A stretch of 19,618 nucleotides of DNA, taken from the NCBI GenBank assembly GCA_038858525.1, contig JAWCFL010000023.1, positions 8,990-28,607 on the forward strand. The letters run 5' to 3'. Position 1 is the stretch's first letter. Every line of letters begins with the position of its first letter. This DNA is from Candidatus Jordarchaeales archaeon. Its GTDB lineage: Archaea > Asgardarchaeota > Jordiarchaeia > Jordiarchaeales > Freyrarchaeaceae. Below the pieces are notes generated by a model that was not told the DNA's origin, made no database searches, and was given only the letters and a program-made list of their open reading frames with translations. A program made the position numbers and the translations under genes. Positions 7,004 through 15,936 of the stretch are shown here, piece after piece.

Positions 7004-8185
7004 ATGTTGGCTTTAAGGGTCGCGGAGGGCGTGTACTGGGTTGGAGCCGTTGACTGGAACCTGCGGTTCTGCGGCTCCTACACTACGCCTCTCGGAACAT
7101 CCTATAATGCATACCTGGTAATGGACAAGAAAACAGTACTAATAGACACGGTTAAGGGAACTCACACTATGGAGATGATTCGCAGAATTAAGAGCGTAGT
7201 CGACCCGGAGAAAATAGACTACTTCATAGTTAACCACGCCGAGCTCGACCATGCAGGCGCCTTCAAAGAAGTGCTGAGATTCGCGCCCAACGCCGAAATA
7301 ATATGTTCAGACAGGGGGAGAGACTCGCTTAGAGGCCACTTCGACTTTGACAGAGAGCTGACCATAGTTAAAACAGGCGATGAATTAAACATAGGAAAGA
7401 AAAACCTCGTCTTCATAGAAGCAAGGATGCTTCACTGGCCCGACAACATGATGACCTACATTAAAGAAGACCGTATTCTCTTTTCCAACGATCCCTTCGG
7501 ACAGCACTTGGCGACTTCTCAAAGGTTTGCCGATGAGCTCGACGAGAGGTTCATAATGGATCACGCCGCAAGATACTACGCACAGATAGTCATGCCTTAC
7601 TCTCAGCTTGTGCTGAAAAAGCTTGAGGAAGTCAAAGCCCTCAAAGTGCCGATAGACATGATATGTCCAGCCCATGGAGTCATATGGAGAAAAAACCCTG
7701 AAAAAATACTGGAAGCATATGAACGTTGGGCTAAGGGCGAAGCGGAAGACAGGGCGGTTATATACTTCGACACGATGTGGGGAAGCACCGACCTAATGGC
7801 GAGAGAAATAGCGAGGGGGATAACCGATAGCGGGGTCCCCGTGTCCGTTTATAATACGCGCACGTCAGAATGGAGCATCATGGCGAGAGACTTGCTCCTA
7901 TCAAAAATAGTGCTTGTCGGCTCAGCAACCCTGAACATGACCATGATGCCGTCCGTAGCAGGAGTCCTAGCCTTCTTCAAGAGCCTCAGACCACCACCAA
8001 AAATAGCGTCAGCATTCGGCTCATTCGGCTGGGGAGGCGGAGCGGTGAGAGACATAATCAACACCCTCAAAGAAATGAAGTTCAACGTCGTCGAGCCCGG
8101 GCTACAATTCAAGTGGGTGCCGAGAGACGAACAACTAAAAGAATGCTACGAGTTCGGCAGACAAATAGCTCAAAAAATAAAATGA
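7004..8185 (+). CDS. fprA: FprA-type flavodiiron protein (metallo-beta-lactamase plus flavodoxin domains; O2/NO reductase)
   Basis: NHAELDH, HWPD, FSNDPFGQH and PAHG diiron ligands; flavodoxin TMWGST and FGSFGWGG. Start moved to ATG 7004 behind a GAGGTG RBS. Confidence 0.95.
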   Translation: MLALRVAEGVYWVGAVDWNLRFCGSYTTPLGTSYNAYLVMDKKTVLIDTVKGTHTMEMIRRIKSVVDPEKIDYFIVNHAELDHAGAFKEVLRFAPNAEIICSDRGRDSLRGHFDFDRELTIVKTGDELNIGKKNLVFIEARMLHWPDNMMTYIKEDRILFSNDPFGQHLATSQRFADELDERFIMDHAARYYAQIVMPYSQLVLKKLEEVKALKVPIDMICPAHGVIWRKNPEKILEAYERWAKGEAEDRAVIYFDTMWGSTDLMAREIARGITDSGVPVSVYNTRTSEWSIMARDLLLSKIVLVGSATLNMTMMPSVAGVLAFFKSLRPPPKIASAFGSFGWGGGAVRDIINTLKEMKFNVVEPGLQFKWVPRDEQLKECYEFGRQIAQKIK

Positions 8186-8294
8186 ACCGCTTTCTTTTTT
8201 CGTATTCTTGAAGTGAAATGGAGAACTGTTTGCTCAAAAAAGGTAAATTTAAATGCTCATTCCCTTTATTTCCTTCTCGGCTGGAGGGGAAAGT

Positions 8295-9098
8295 GTGATA
8301 GTTGATTTTCACGTGCACCCCTACATAAACAACGGTGCAGGTAAGAACTTCAGCGTGAAAGACTACTGGACGCTTGAGTTCTGCCGATACGCTCTGAAGT
8401 ATCTGCGCTTGGAAGCCGGCGCTAGGAAAGTGTGCAGCTACCTTGAGTCCCGACTCAAGCCTCGAGGGATAAATTTCTGCGTGCTCTCAGCTGCTGAGCT
8501 ACGCCTCATCGACATGATAAAAGCGATCGTCGACCTCCGCCCAGACCTCTTCATGGGCTTCTGCACAGTTGATCCTCACTCCCCAGACGTTGACGTTCAA
8601 CTCGCGAGACGAGTGAAGCTGGACGGTTTTCGAGGATTGAAGGTTCACAGCCTCATGCAGTCCTTCCGTCCTCCAGACGTCCCGAAGCTCTGGGAAGCAG
8701 TCTCCAAGCTCAAAATAACAGTCCTAGCGCATGGAGGAAAAATATGGGTGAACGACCCAGACTACGCTAACCCGGCATACTATAACGAGGTCCTCGACAC
8801 GTACCCCTTCACCCTCGTAGTAGCTCACATGGGCGGCAACTATACAAGGGAAGCCGTGGAGCTTGCGAAAAAGTTCGACAGCGTCTACCTTGAAACCTCC
8901 GGAGCCACGAAAAAAAGGATAATGTACGCTCTGGAGAGACTAGGGTGCGAAAGAATAGTTTACGGAAGCGACGTCCCCTACATTCCCTGGGGAGACCCCA
9001 TAAATGAGATCGAGAAGATCAAAAGCCTCCCAATAAAAGAGGGAGAGAAAGAAAGGATACTTGGAGAGAACGCAAGGGAGATCCTCAGGCTCAAGTGA
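8295..9098 (+). CDS. Amidohydrolase family protein (Amidohydro_2-like TIM barrel)
   Basis: DFHVH, GLKVH, LAHGG, VAHMG and YGSDVP motifs. Start moved to GTG 8295 behind a GGAGGGG RBS. Confidence 0.88.
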   Translation: MIVDFHVHPYINNGAGKNFSVKDYWTLEFCRYALKYLRLEAGARKVCSYLESRLKPRGINFCVLSAAELRLIDMIKAIVDLRPDLFMGFCTVDPHSPDVDVQLARRVKLDGFRGLKVHSLMQSFRPPDVPKLWEAVSKLKITVLAHGGKIWVNDPDYANPAYYNEVLDTYPFTLVVAHMGGNYTREAVELAKKFDSVYLETSGATKKRIMYALERLGCERIVYGSDVPYIPWGDPINEIEKIKSLPIKEGEKERILGENAREILRLK

Positions 9099-9102
9099 CT
9101 AA

Positions 9103-9507
9103 TCATACCTGTATAAGCTCTATGACGAAGCCCAACATTCTTTCCGTATCTAGATATGCATACTTGACTCCCAGCACTTCACCTCTCTCCGTCACATTAA
9201 AACCCTTCTCCTCAAACTTCCTGACGGCGCTCTCGAGGTCCTTCACGAAGAAGCCTAAGTGGTGAAGCCCCTCGCCCCTCTCCCTAATGAAGCGGCTGTG
9301 AATGGACTCGCCCTCCACCACCTGTATGAGCTCGAGCTGGACGCCGCCAAGGTTAACCAACCCTACTTTCAGCCTCGCCGAGGCGTGAGGTATCTCGATG
9401 GACGAGAAATGCCCTAGCCCAAGGTCCTCCAGAACTTTAGCAGTCCGCTCGAAGTCCCTTACAACGATCCCTATCTGCCCAACCTCCGAAAGAGAAAGAT
9501 TATTCAC
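9103..9507 (-). CDS. VOC family protein (methylmalonyl-CoA epimerase / glyoxalase-like)
   Basis: QIGIVVRD, LELIQ, GEGLHHLGF and IELIQ give a Q/E/H/E metal-ligand set; GGAGGTG RBS before GTG. Confidence 0.88.
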   Translation of the reverse strand: MNNLSLSEVGQIGIVVRDFERTAKVLEDLGLGHFSSIEIPHASARLKVGLVNLGGVQLELIQVVEGESIHSRFIRERGEGLHHLGFFVKDLESAVRKFEEKGFNVTERGEVLGVKYAYLDTERMLGFVIELIQV

Positions 9508-9678
9508 AATAACACCTCCAAATCACAAAGCACAAGTAAAAAATAAATTTTCTCGCCCTCATGAACAGACAAAGCTAAACTAAAAATTTTGATTCTCAAT
9601 TAAAAGATTACAGTAAAAATTATTAACCACGCATTCGTTTATATCTTAAACTAGTGAGGAGGTATTGGAGGAGTTACC

Positions 9679-10053
9679 GTGAGCTCGTTTGGAGAACTAA
9701 TCTACACGCCTGAAAGAGCCTCAGGGGAGGCGGTCAGCAAAATAGAGTCGCACACGCCAAAAATAGAGGCGCCCGACAACGTAAAAGCAGACCAGCCATT
9801 CGAAATAAAAGTCTCAGTTGGCCCCCACCCAAACACCGTCGAGCACTCGATAAGAAGGATAGAAGTGTACCTCTATGAGGATGGTCGCTCGTTCAACCCA
9901 ATACTCCTGGCAAGCGCCACGTTGACCCCCGTCTACACGCAGCCAACGGTGAAAATCACATTGGCACTCAAGAAGAGCGGCACACTATACGCGGTAGAAT
10001 ACTGCAACCTACACGGACTATGGGAAGCCAGAAAGAAAATCACAGTAACCTAA
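9679..10053 (+). CDS. Class II SORL / desulfoferrodoxin Fe(II)-binding domain protein (superoxide reductase-like)
   Basis: SHTP, HPNTVEH and YCNLHGLW supply the 4-His/1-Cys centre; GGAGGAG RBS. Confidence 0.88.
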   Translation: MSSFGELIYTPERASGEAVSKIESHTPKIEAPDNVKADQPFEIKVSVGPHPNTVEHSIRRIEVYLYEDGRSFNPILLASATLTPVYTQPTVKITLALKKSGTLYAVEYCNLHGLWEARKKITVT

Positions 10054-10138
10054 AAAACTTCCCCCTTTTTATTCGGAAAGGTGTCAGTCGCACAAAAACT
10101 CGCGTAGATCAACTCGAGAAAGGCAACTTGAAAATAAA

Positions 10139-10483
10139 CTATATTTCTCTATAGACATCAATAAACCTCCTATATGTCTCCCACTCTTTGGGAGTCAAAA
10201 GATGTATTTCCAGAGAAGATTCATCGAAGCCCTCAGTCAACTTCAACTTAATCCTCACCCTCTCAGCTGCCCCCTCAGGCACGCCGGGAGAAACCACCGC
10301 CACATCGATGTCAGAAAGCATCGGGTGGTAGTCCCCTCTTACCACGCTCCCAAAAACGTAAACCTTCGTCTCTGGAAGCAACCTCGTACCCCTCTCCTTA
10401 ACCTTCTCAACATATTCCTCCCACCGCTCAAAAACCGATCTCCTCTTCTCGTAAATCCTCTTGGCAAACTCAACAGGCTTCAT
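10139..10483 (-). CDS. Minimal nucleotidyltransferase (MNT), putative antitoxin
   Basis: VYVFGSVVRG...SDIDVAVV. Start moved to ATG 10483, which overlaps the end of the HEPN gene. Confidence 0.88.
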   Translation of the reverse strand: MKPVEFAKRIYEKRRSVFERWEEYVEKVKERGTRLLPETKVYVFGSVVRGDYHPMLSDIDVAVVSPGVPEGAAERVRIKLKLTEGFDESSLEIHLLTPKEWETYRRFIDVYREI

Positions 10484-10853
10484 AGCTACAAACAAGTCTC
10501 CACAACTCCTCAAATACCACAAACAAACCTTCAACGCCCCCCTTCATATATCTTCTTGCAAGGTACCTTGAAGCTATGTAGGCATCCTCGAGAACCCCAA
10601 GCTTATCCCTAAACCTCTCACGGAAACCAGAAACCTCCCTGAAAACCTCCGCGGCCTCATCGAGCAACCTATCCAAACTATGCGTTCTAGAAAAATATCC
10701 TATTTTAGAGGCAAGAAGGTGATTAAGAAGAAGCTGGCACGCCTGCTCAAGCAGGAAAACTGCCCAATCATAATTCTCGTCCTCAAAAGCTTTCTTCGCT
10801 AACTCAAAAGCCCTCAACGCCCTCTCCCTCAAAAGCGCAACATCCTCCCTCAT
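10470..10853 (-). CDS. HEPN domain protein
   Basis: YDWAVFLLEQACQL, RTHSL and YIASRY. Start moved to ATG 10853 (MREDVALLRERA); the track's upstream extension is low-complexity non-coding-like sequence. Confidence 0.88.
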   Translation of the reverse strand: MREDVALLRERALRAFELAKKAFEDENYDWAVFLLEQACQLLLNHLLASKIGYFSRTHSLDRLLDEAAEVFREVSGFRERFRDKLGVLEDAYIASRYLARRYMKGGVEGLFVVFEELWRLVCSYEAC

Positions 10854-11070
10854 AGCAGGAAAAGGGCAACCAACAAAATAAATACCTTTACCCCGAAGTA
10901 GGGAAAACAAACACGGAAAAACAAACCAACTTAACAGCAACGCAACATTCAGAAACAATAACAAAGCCACCTGCTAAATTAAAAACCCAACATCAACAAA
11001 AATAAAGTAATACTTTTATGAAAAACCTTATATGAAAAATAAGTCCTTCCCCTCCCTCATAGAGGGATCA

Positions 11071-12195
11071 ATGTTGATGGGGAAATACCTTCTCGCCTTG
11101 ATCGCAACGCTGCTTTTGCTGTCCGCATTCACCGCGTCATCAGCAATCTCCGCCGCCATACCTGTCCAAGAAAAACTATCAGGTGAAAGGCCACAATTCG
11201 GTTTCTCAGAACAATGGAAGTACAACTTCACCCTTAAGAATATAACAGGCGGAACCAGCATCACAACAACAATACACGCCAATACAACAGGAATAACCAG
11301 CCGGGTCACCAATGATTACTACGAAAACGTTGAATGCTACATACTTCACTTTATGCCGTTTGACCCGTTAAGCGTCTTCTGGCTTCAGAAAATACTTCGC
11401 GAAGTGGACATCACGGACTTTGGCGCGGAAGATCTGCTTAAAATGGGAAACAGCAGCGTCCTTGAGGTCTACGTTAGTAAAGACAACTTCTCATGGGTTC
11501 AGACAACGTGGACCGCAAATTACAGTGAAGGCAGCGGCGGCAAGAGACTACATGTTATACAAGGTCCTGGTTATCCAGGCGCTTTATGGACGGCGAACGA
11601 GTCGTACTCTTACATGTGCTTTAACTTCTCTCTCTCGACAGGTAAAGATTTCGGCCACTTCACTGATGACCTCAACATTAGCATGAGCGTCTACTGCGAT
11701 TACTATAATGCTTCAGGATACTACACCAATAAGATTTATCCTGGTAATCTTAGCAATGTTTCCGGTGAATTCTCTATTAGTTTCCCATACACTTACCTGT
11801 TCTATCCTAGATTCAATGTTACAGGTGTTGAGACCGTTACTGTGGCTGCCGGGACGTATGAGTGCTGGAAGATGAAGATTATTCTAACCACTAACGGTGA
11901 TGGTGTTATTGGTTACTTGTGGTATTCACCTGAAGTTAAGAACTACGTTAAGCTGGACATGAACGTGACTGTTGAGTCCGTCGATTACAACGTGTGCGTC
12001 GAATTAGCTAGTTATAGTGGCCAAGTGTCTCCTGTTTCTCCCCCCAGCGGCCTATCCTTATTGGCTTCGCTTATCATTTACAGTGCTTATCAGGGTCAGC
12101 AGCAGAGGAACATTGTTGTTCTTTCAGGTGTGGCTGTGGTTGTCGTTGCTGGGGTTTCGGTGATGATTTTCGTTGCCCGTCGCAGGCGAACCTAA
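11071..12195 (+). CDS. Hypothetical cell-surface protein with signal peptide and C-terminal membrane anchor
   Basis: Hydrophobic N-terminus (KYLLALIATLLLLSAF), many N-x-S/T sequons, an ETVTVAAGTYECWK beta-motif, and a C-terminal TM helix followed by RRRRT. GAGGGA RBS favours ATG 11071 or 11077. Confidence 0.75.
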   Translation: MLMGKYLLALIATLLLLSAFTASSAISAAIPVQEKLSGERPQFGFSEQWKYNFTLKNITGGTSITTTIHANTTGITSRVTNDYYENVECYILHFMPFDPLSVFWLQKILREVDITDFGAEDLLKMGNSSVLEVYVSKDNFSWVQTTWTANYSEGSGGKRLHVIQGPGYPGALWTANESYSYMCFNFSLSTGKDFGHFTDDLNISMSVYCDYYNASGYYTNKIYPGNLSNVSGEFSISFPYTYLFYPRFNVTGVETVTVAAGTYECWKMKIILTTNGDGVIGYLWYSPEVKNYVKLDMNVTVESVDYNVCVELASYSGQVSPVSPPSGLSLLASLIIYSAYQGQQQRNIVVLSGVAVVVVAGVSVMIFVARRRRT

Positions 12196-12212
12196 ACCTC
12201 TCCTTTTCTTTT

Positions 12213-13763
12213 TTATAGTGCTGTGGTTGGTGAGGTTAGTAGTGTGATTATTTGTTCTGGTGTTATGGTGTTCCAGCCTAGTATTAATGCGAGTCCGTAA
12301 ATGAACGCTACTCCTATTAGTATAGATAAGACTAGTATGGGGATGCTGAGTTTCATGAATTCCGTTCCTGAGACGGGGCTGCCATCTTTGCTGAGAACTG
12401 AGAGAGCTAGTATTATTCGTGTTTCTCCTACTGGGGTGAGGATGGAGCCGATGTTCATGCCGTAAATTAAAGCCCAGACAGCGGCTTTTTCTGATACGAG
12501 CGCGCTGAGTGAGGCAACTGGTATCACGTAGAGCAACACAACGGCTACTGGGACGTCCTCCAGCACGCCTGAAAAGACCGTCGAGGTGATGATCGTCATC
12601 AGTATCATTGCCGGCATGTTTCCAAGCGCTAATGACCCGATGATTTCTCCCGCTGTATTTAGAACCCCGGTACTGCACACGCCCCCAATAACTATGAAGA
12701 TCCCCAGTAGGAATAGCATGAGTTCCCAGTCAACTTCCAGAATTGCTTTTCTAGGTTCGATGCCTCCTAGGATGAGGAATGCGATCGCTGCTGAAAGCGC
12801 TACGACGTATAATGGGATTCCGATGGGATTAGCTATAATGAACCCCACGATCATAAGCGCTAAGAGCAGAATTGTTCTCCTAAATATTGCTCTATTTTCT
12901 ATGAGACTGGACTCGTCAAGCGACAAGACGCGCTCCCTTAAGGAACTGAACTCGTCGCTCTCAGCTGGTGTCATGACTTCCTTAAAGGACCTTTGAATTA
13001 TTAGTATAGAGATGGCTGAGCATGTTGCCGCGAAGGGGGCTCCGATAAGCAGGAAGCCTCCGTAATCTAGGAAGTATGAGGAGTTCATGTTATAGTGCGA
13101 CGCCACAACTATGTTGCCCACATTGCTTGTGAGCGTCGCTATTCCGGCGTGGATGCCCACGAAAAGCTCGCCAAGTATGTAGGGTTTCGGATCTATTCCG
13201 AGGGAGCGAGTCAGAGTAAGAGTAAGTGAGACTATAATAACGAATGCGGGAACAGCGCCCATCATCGCCGTTAAGGCAAAGGTTAACACGCAGAAATAAA
13301 TGAAGATCCTTCTAAAGTCTCCACCCCCCATCTTGACAAGCTTAACTCCAATGTACTCGAATAGCCCAGACCTTGAGACTATAGAGGAAACTATGAGAAG
13401 AGATATGACTATTACTATTGATTGCCAGTCCACCATTTCTGTGAGCACTTGCTCGCTGGTGAAGAGTAGCGGCTTAAGCCTAGGAGCACTACCTTGAAGA
13501 TAAGCGAGAAAAGCATCAACAACAGGAACCCAACCATAAGCAACCTCAAAATACCTTCCCGCGATTATTGTTGCAACGGCTCCACACATGGCGGTTAAAG
13601 TCTTATTAATCTTCTCAACAACGAGTAAGATAAGAGTGACAACCAGTATTGCCAAGAAAACACCGTTAACCAAGGCGGGGGGAGTATAGATCCAGTTCCT
13701 CAAAACTTCTATTATGTAGCTCTGAAGCGCTTCTTGCACTGTATCACGTTCCTCCGCTGACAC
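12213..13763 (-). CDS. Ion-transporter (IT) superfamily permease, ArsB/NhaD/SLC13 (P-permease-like)
   Basis: A dozen or more hydrophobic helices; VDWQSI..., SGLFEYIG, and VDWELMLFLLGIFIVIGGV..TGVL repeats typical of the family. Substrate unknown. Confidence 0.85.
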   Translation of the reverse strand: MSAEERDTVQEALQSYIIEVLRNWIYTPPALVNGVFLAILVVTLILLVVEKINKTLTAMCGAVATIIAGRYFEVAYGWVPVVDAFLAYLQGSAPRLKPLLFTSEQVLTEMVDWQSIVIVISLLIVSSIVSRSGLFEYIGVKLVKMGGGDFRRIFIYFCVLTFALTAMMGAVPAFVIIVSLTLTLTRSLGIDPKPYILGELFVGIHAGIATLTSNVGNIVVASHYNMNSSYFLDYGGFLLIGAPFAATCSAISILIIQRSFKEVMTPAESDEFSSLRERVLSLDESSLIENRAIFRRTILLLALMIVGFIIANPIGIPLYVVALSAAIAFLILGGIEPRKAILEVDWELMLFLLGIFIVIGGVCSTGVLNTAGEIIGSLALGNMPAMILMTIITSTVFSGVLEDVPVAVVLLYVIPVASLSALVSEKAAVWALIYGMNIGSILTPVGETRIILALSVLSKDGSPVSGTEFMKLSIPILVLSILIGVAFIYGLALILGWNTITPEQIITLLTSPTTAL

Positions 13764-13944
13764 TTATTTCCTGTTTCCTTCAAATCGCTCTATCAAAAGA
13801 TATGTTTAAAAGTATATCTATAAAATATTTTTCCCTTAACTCTTTCATTTTCTGGTAATTTTTTTTGAAAACTGTAAAGCGGCTCATCAATAGAAATCTA
13901 ATAATTCTAGAAGAAAGTTTAAAGCGGCGTCTATTGGCATCTTC

Positions 13945-15936
13945 TTACTCCTTCTTGATGGTGTACTTGAAATCGCAGAAGGGGGCTCCGTACCCCATCC
14001 TACTTGTTCTTTCGAGCGTTATCTTGGGGTTTACTGTTTCAGCCCAGTTTCTGTAGACCACGTCACAGATTTCACCGCACATCATAGGGACGACATGCTC
14101 CCTCCCAGCTTTTCTGAGAGCTTCAAGCCATGGGCACGTGCGAACCACCATTACCGCTTCGTCGTTCATGCATACTGGCACCTCAAACCTCCAGCCCTCC
14201 ATTCTCCACCTAAGCGCAATGGTCCTTACCAGCGTGTCCAGCCCATCCCCCTTAATGTTAAAATCTCTCATGATCCTTTTGGCGAGTATCTTCGCGAACA
14301 CAGACCACACTCGTGCGTCAAGCTCAGCCGCCCTGTCTAAGCCGTACTTCTCCTCGACGCTCATGAACCATACTCCGTCAATAGCGGTGTAAGCGCCACG
14401 GAAAAACTCGGCAGCCTTCTCGGGAGAAATAACGTCAACCCCTACCATGCCATTCCCCGCCTCTAAGCCAGCCCCATCTCCACGCAAGCAGATGGCGCCG
14501 CCATCTCCTCTCTTAAACGTCTGGTACTCCACCATCCTCGCTATGCACTTTGCCGCCCTCATAGGAGAAGTAAAGGCAGGTACACCTGCCTCAGCCATCA
14601 TTCTTAGCAACTTCTCTTCCCTAGCGACTACAAGTACGGGTTTACAGTGCTTCTTCATTACTCCTGCCACGTCTTCGACTATGCTTCTCCTTAAAACGTC
14701 CATGAACGCCTCAGCGCTTTCCTCACTGCCAACTATCCTCTTAACTCCGCCTGAAACATCGTACGCCATGTTCTCCACGATCAGCACGTCCACTCCCCCC
14801 TCCTCCAAGAGGATGTCGTAGCACCATGCGTAAAGCTCCCTGTTCATGCTTGCAACTAGGTCCACGGGGTTTCCATGGCTCCAGTAGTGTGGAGCCCTAG
14901 AGCTTATTTTCTCTATTACGCTCTGCGGTAACTTCGCCACCTCTAACCCTTGTTCCTCGCATGCGTCAGCAGTCAAAACACCCCATCCTCCACCACCCGT
15001 CACTATTCCAACTTTTTGTCCCTCGGGCAACGGGCTTAGAGAAAAGGCGACAGCCAAATCGGTGAGCTCTTCGCAGTCTGACGCCAAAATTATCCCAGTC
15101 TGCCTTGCCGCAGCCTTGAAAACTTGGAGCGAGCCCGCTATAGACGCTGTATGGGAGCGAGCAGCCTTAGTCCCAGCCTCCGTCCTCCCTCCTTTAAGAC
15201 AAATAAATGGCTTTTCCCTCGTCACTTTCCTCGCAGCCTCCATGAATTTCCTTCCGTCTCTAACTCCCTCCACGAACGCCACGACGACCTTTGTTTCTGG
15301 GTCGTGGGCGAAGAACTCGAGGTAGTCTGCCAGCTTCACCTGCGCCTCGTTCCCGCTACTAACAAACCTAGCCACTCCGCTTCCACGCTGAGATAACGAG
15401 TCCATGAGCATCATGCCGATTGTTCCACTCTGGCTGATGATGGAAACAACACCCTTACGCGGAAAGAGAGGGTTCATGAGAGCATGAAGGTTGCTGGACG
15501 CACTATAGACGCCCATACAGTTCGGCCCTACAAGCCCAATGCCGCTCTCATCACATATCCTCACGAGCTCCTCCTGCATCCGTTCCCCCTCCCCACCAGC
15601 CTCCTTGAACCCGGCCGTTATCACAACACACCAATCCACACCCTTCTCGGCGCATTCCCTTACAGACCAAACCACGTGCTTAGCCGGAACCGTAATGACT
15701 ACTAGTTCAACGTCTTCCGGAACCTGCCTGATGCTAGCGTATGCCTTAAACCCTAAGACACTTTCGGCGTTCGGATTTACAGGGTAAACGTTTCCCTTGA
15801 ATCCTCCCGCTACAATGGTTGAAAACAAGATCATGCCTATTTTCCCCGGCGTATTAGAAGCGCCAATAACAGCCACGCTTTCAGGGTCAAAAAGCGACTT
15901 CCATCTAAGCCCGCGCCCATTCATCGCAACCACCAT
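13945..15936 (-). CDS. Acyl-CoA synthetase (ADP-forming) alpha subunit fused to a C-terminal DUF6125 / ATC-hydrolase-like domain
   Basis: SLFDPESVAVIGAS CoA-binding fold, GPNCMG, SQSG, phospho-His motif AARSHTASIAGS and NPVDL. The C-terminal 167 aa (13945-14448) contain AIDGVWF, CPW, CGEIC and CDF. Start may be ATG 15924 (GGTGG RBS). Confidence 0.85.
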   Translation of the reverse strand: MVVAMNGRGLRWKSLFDPESVAVIGASNTPGKIGMILFSTIVAGGFKGNVYPVNPNAESVLGFKAYASIRQVPEDVELVVITVPAKHVVWSVRECAEKGVDWCVVITAGFKEAGGEGERMQEELVRICDESGIGLVGPNCMGVYSASSNLHALMNPLFPRKGVVSIISQSGTIGMMLMDSLSQRGSGVARFVSSGNEAQVKLADYLEFFAHDPETKVVVAFVEGVRDGRKFMEAARKVTREKPFICLKGGRTEAGTKAARSHTASIAGSLQVFKAAARQTGIILASDCEELTDLAVAFSLSPLPEGQKVGIVTGGGGWGVLTADACEEQGLEVAKLPQSVIEKISSRAPHYWSHGNPVDLVASMNRELYAWCYDILLEEGGVDVLIVENMAYDVSGGVKRIVGSEESAEAFMDVLRRSIVEDVAGVMKKHCKPVLVVAREEKLLRMMAEAGVPAFTSPMRAAKCIARMVEYQTFKRGDGGAICLRGDGAGLEAGNGMVGVDVISPEKAAEFFRGAYTAIDGVWFMSVEEKYGLDRAAELDARVWSVFAKILAKRIMRDFNIKGDGLDTLVRTIALRWRMEGWRFEVPVCMNDEAVMVVRTCPWLEALRKAGREHVVPMMCGEICDVVYRNWAETVNPKITLERTSRMGYGAPFCDFKYTIKKE

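Noticed and set aside
10854-10970. Hydrophobic N-terminal extension suggesting a membrane-bound HEPN
   Set aside because: Arises from a G/T-rich intergenic tract; the HEPN fold starts cleanly at ATG 10853.
12124-12678. 184-aa minus-strand ORF
   Set aside because: Alternative frame overlapping the permease C-terminus and antisense to the surface-protein end; His/Arg/Thr-rich composition reflects local skew.
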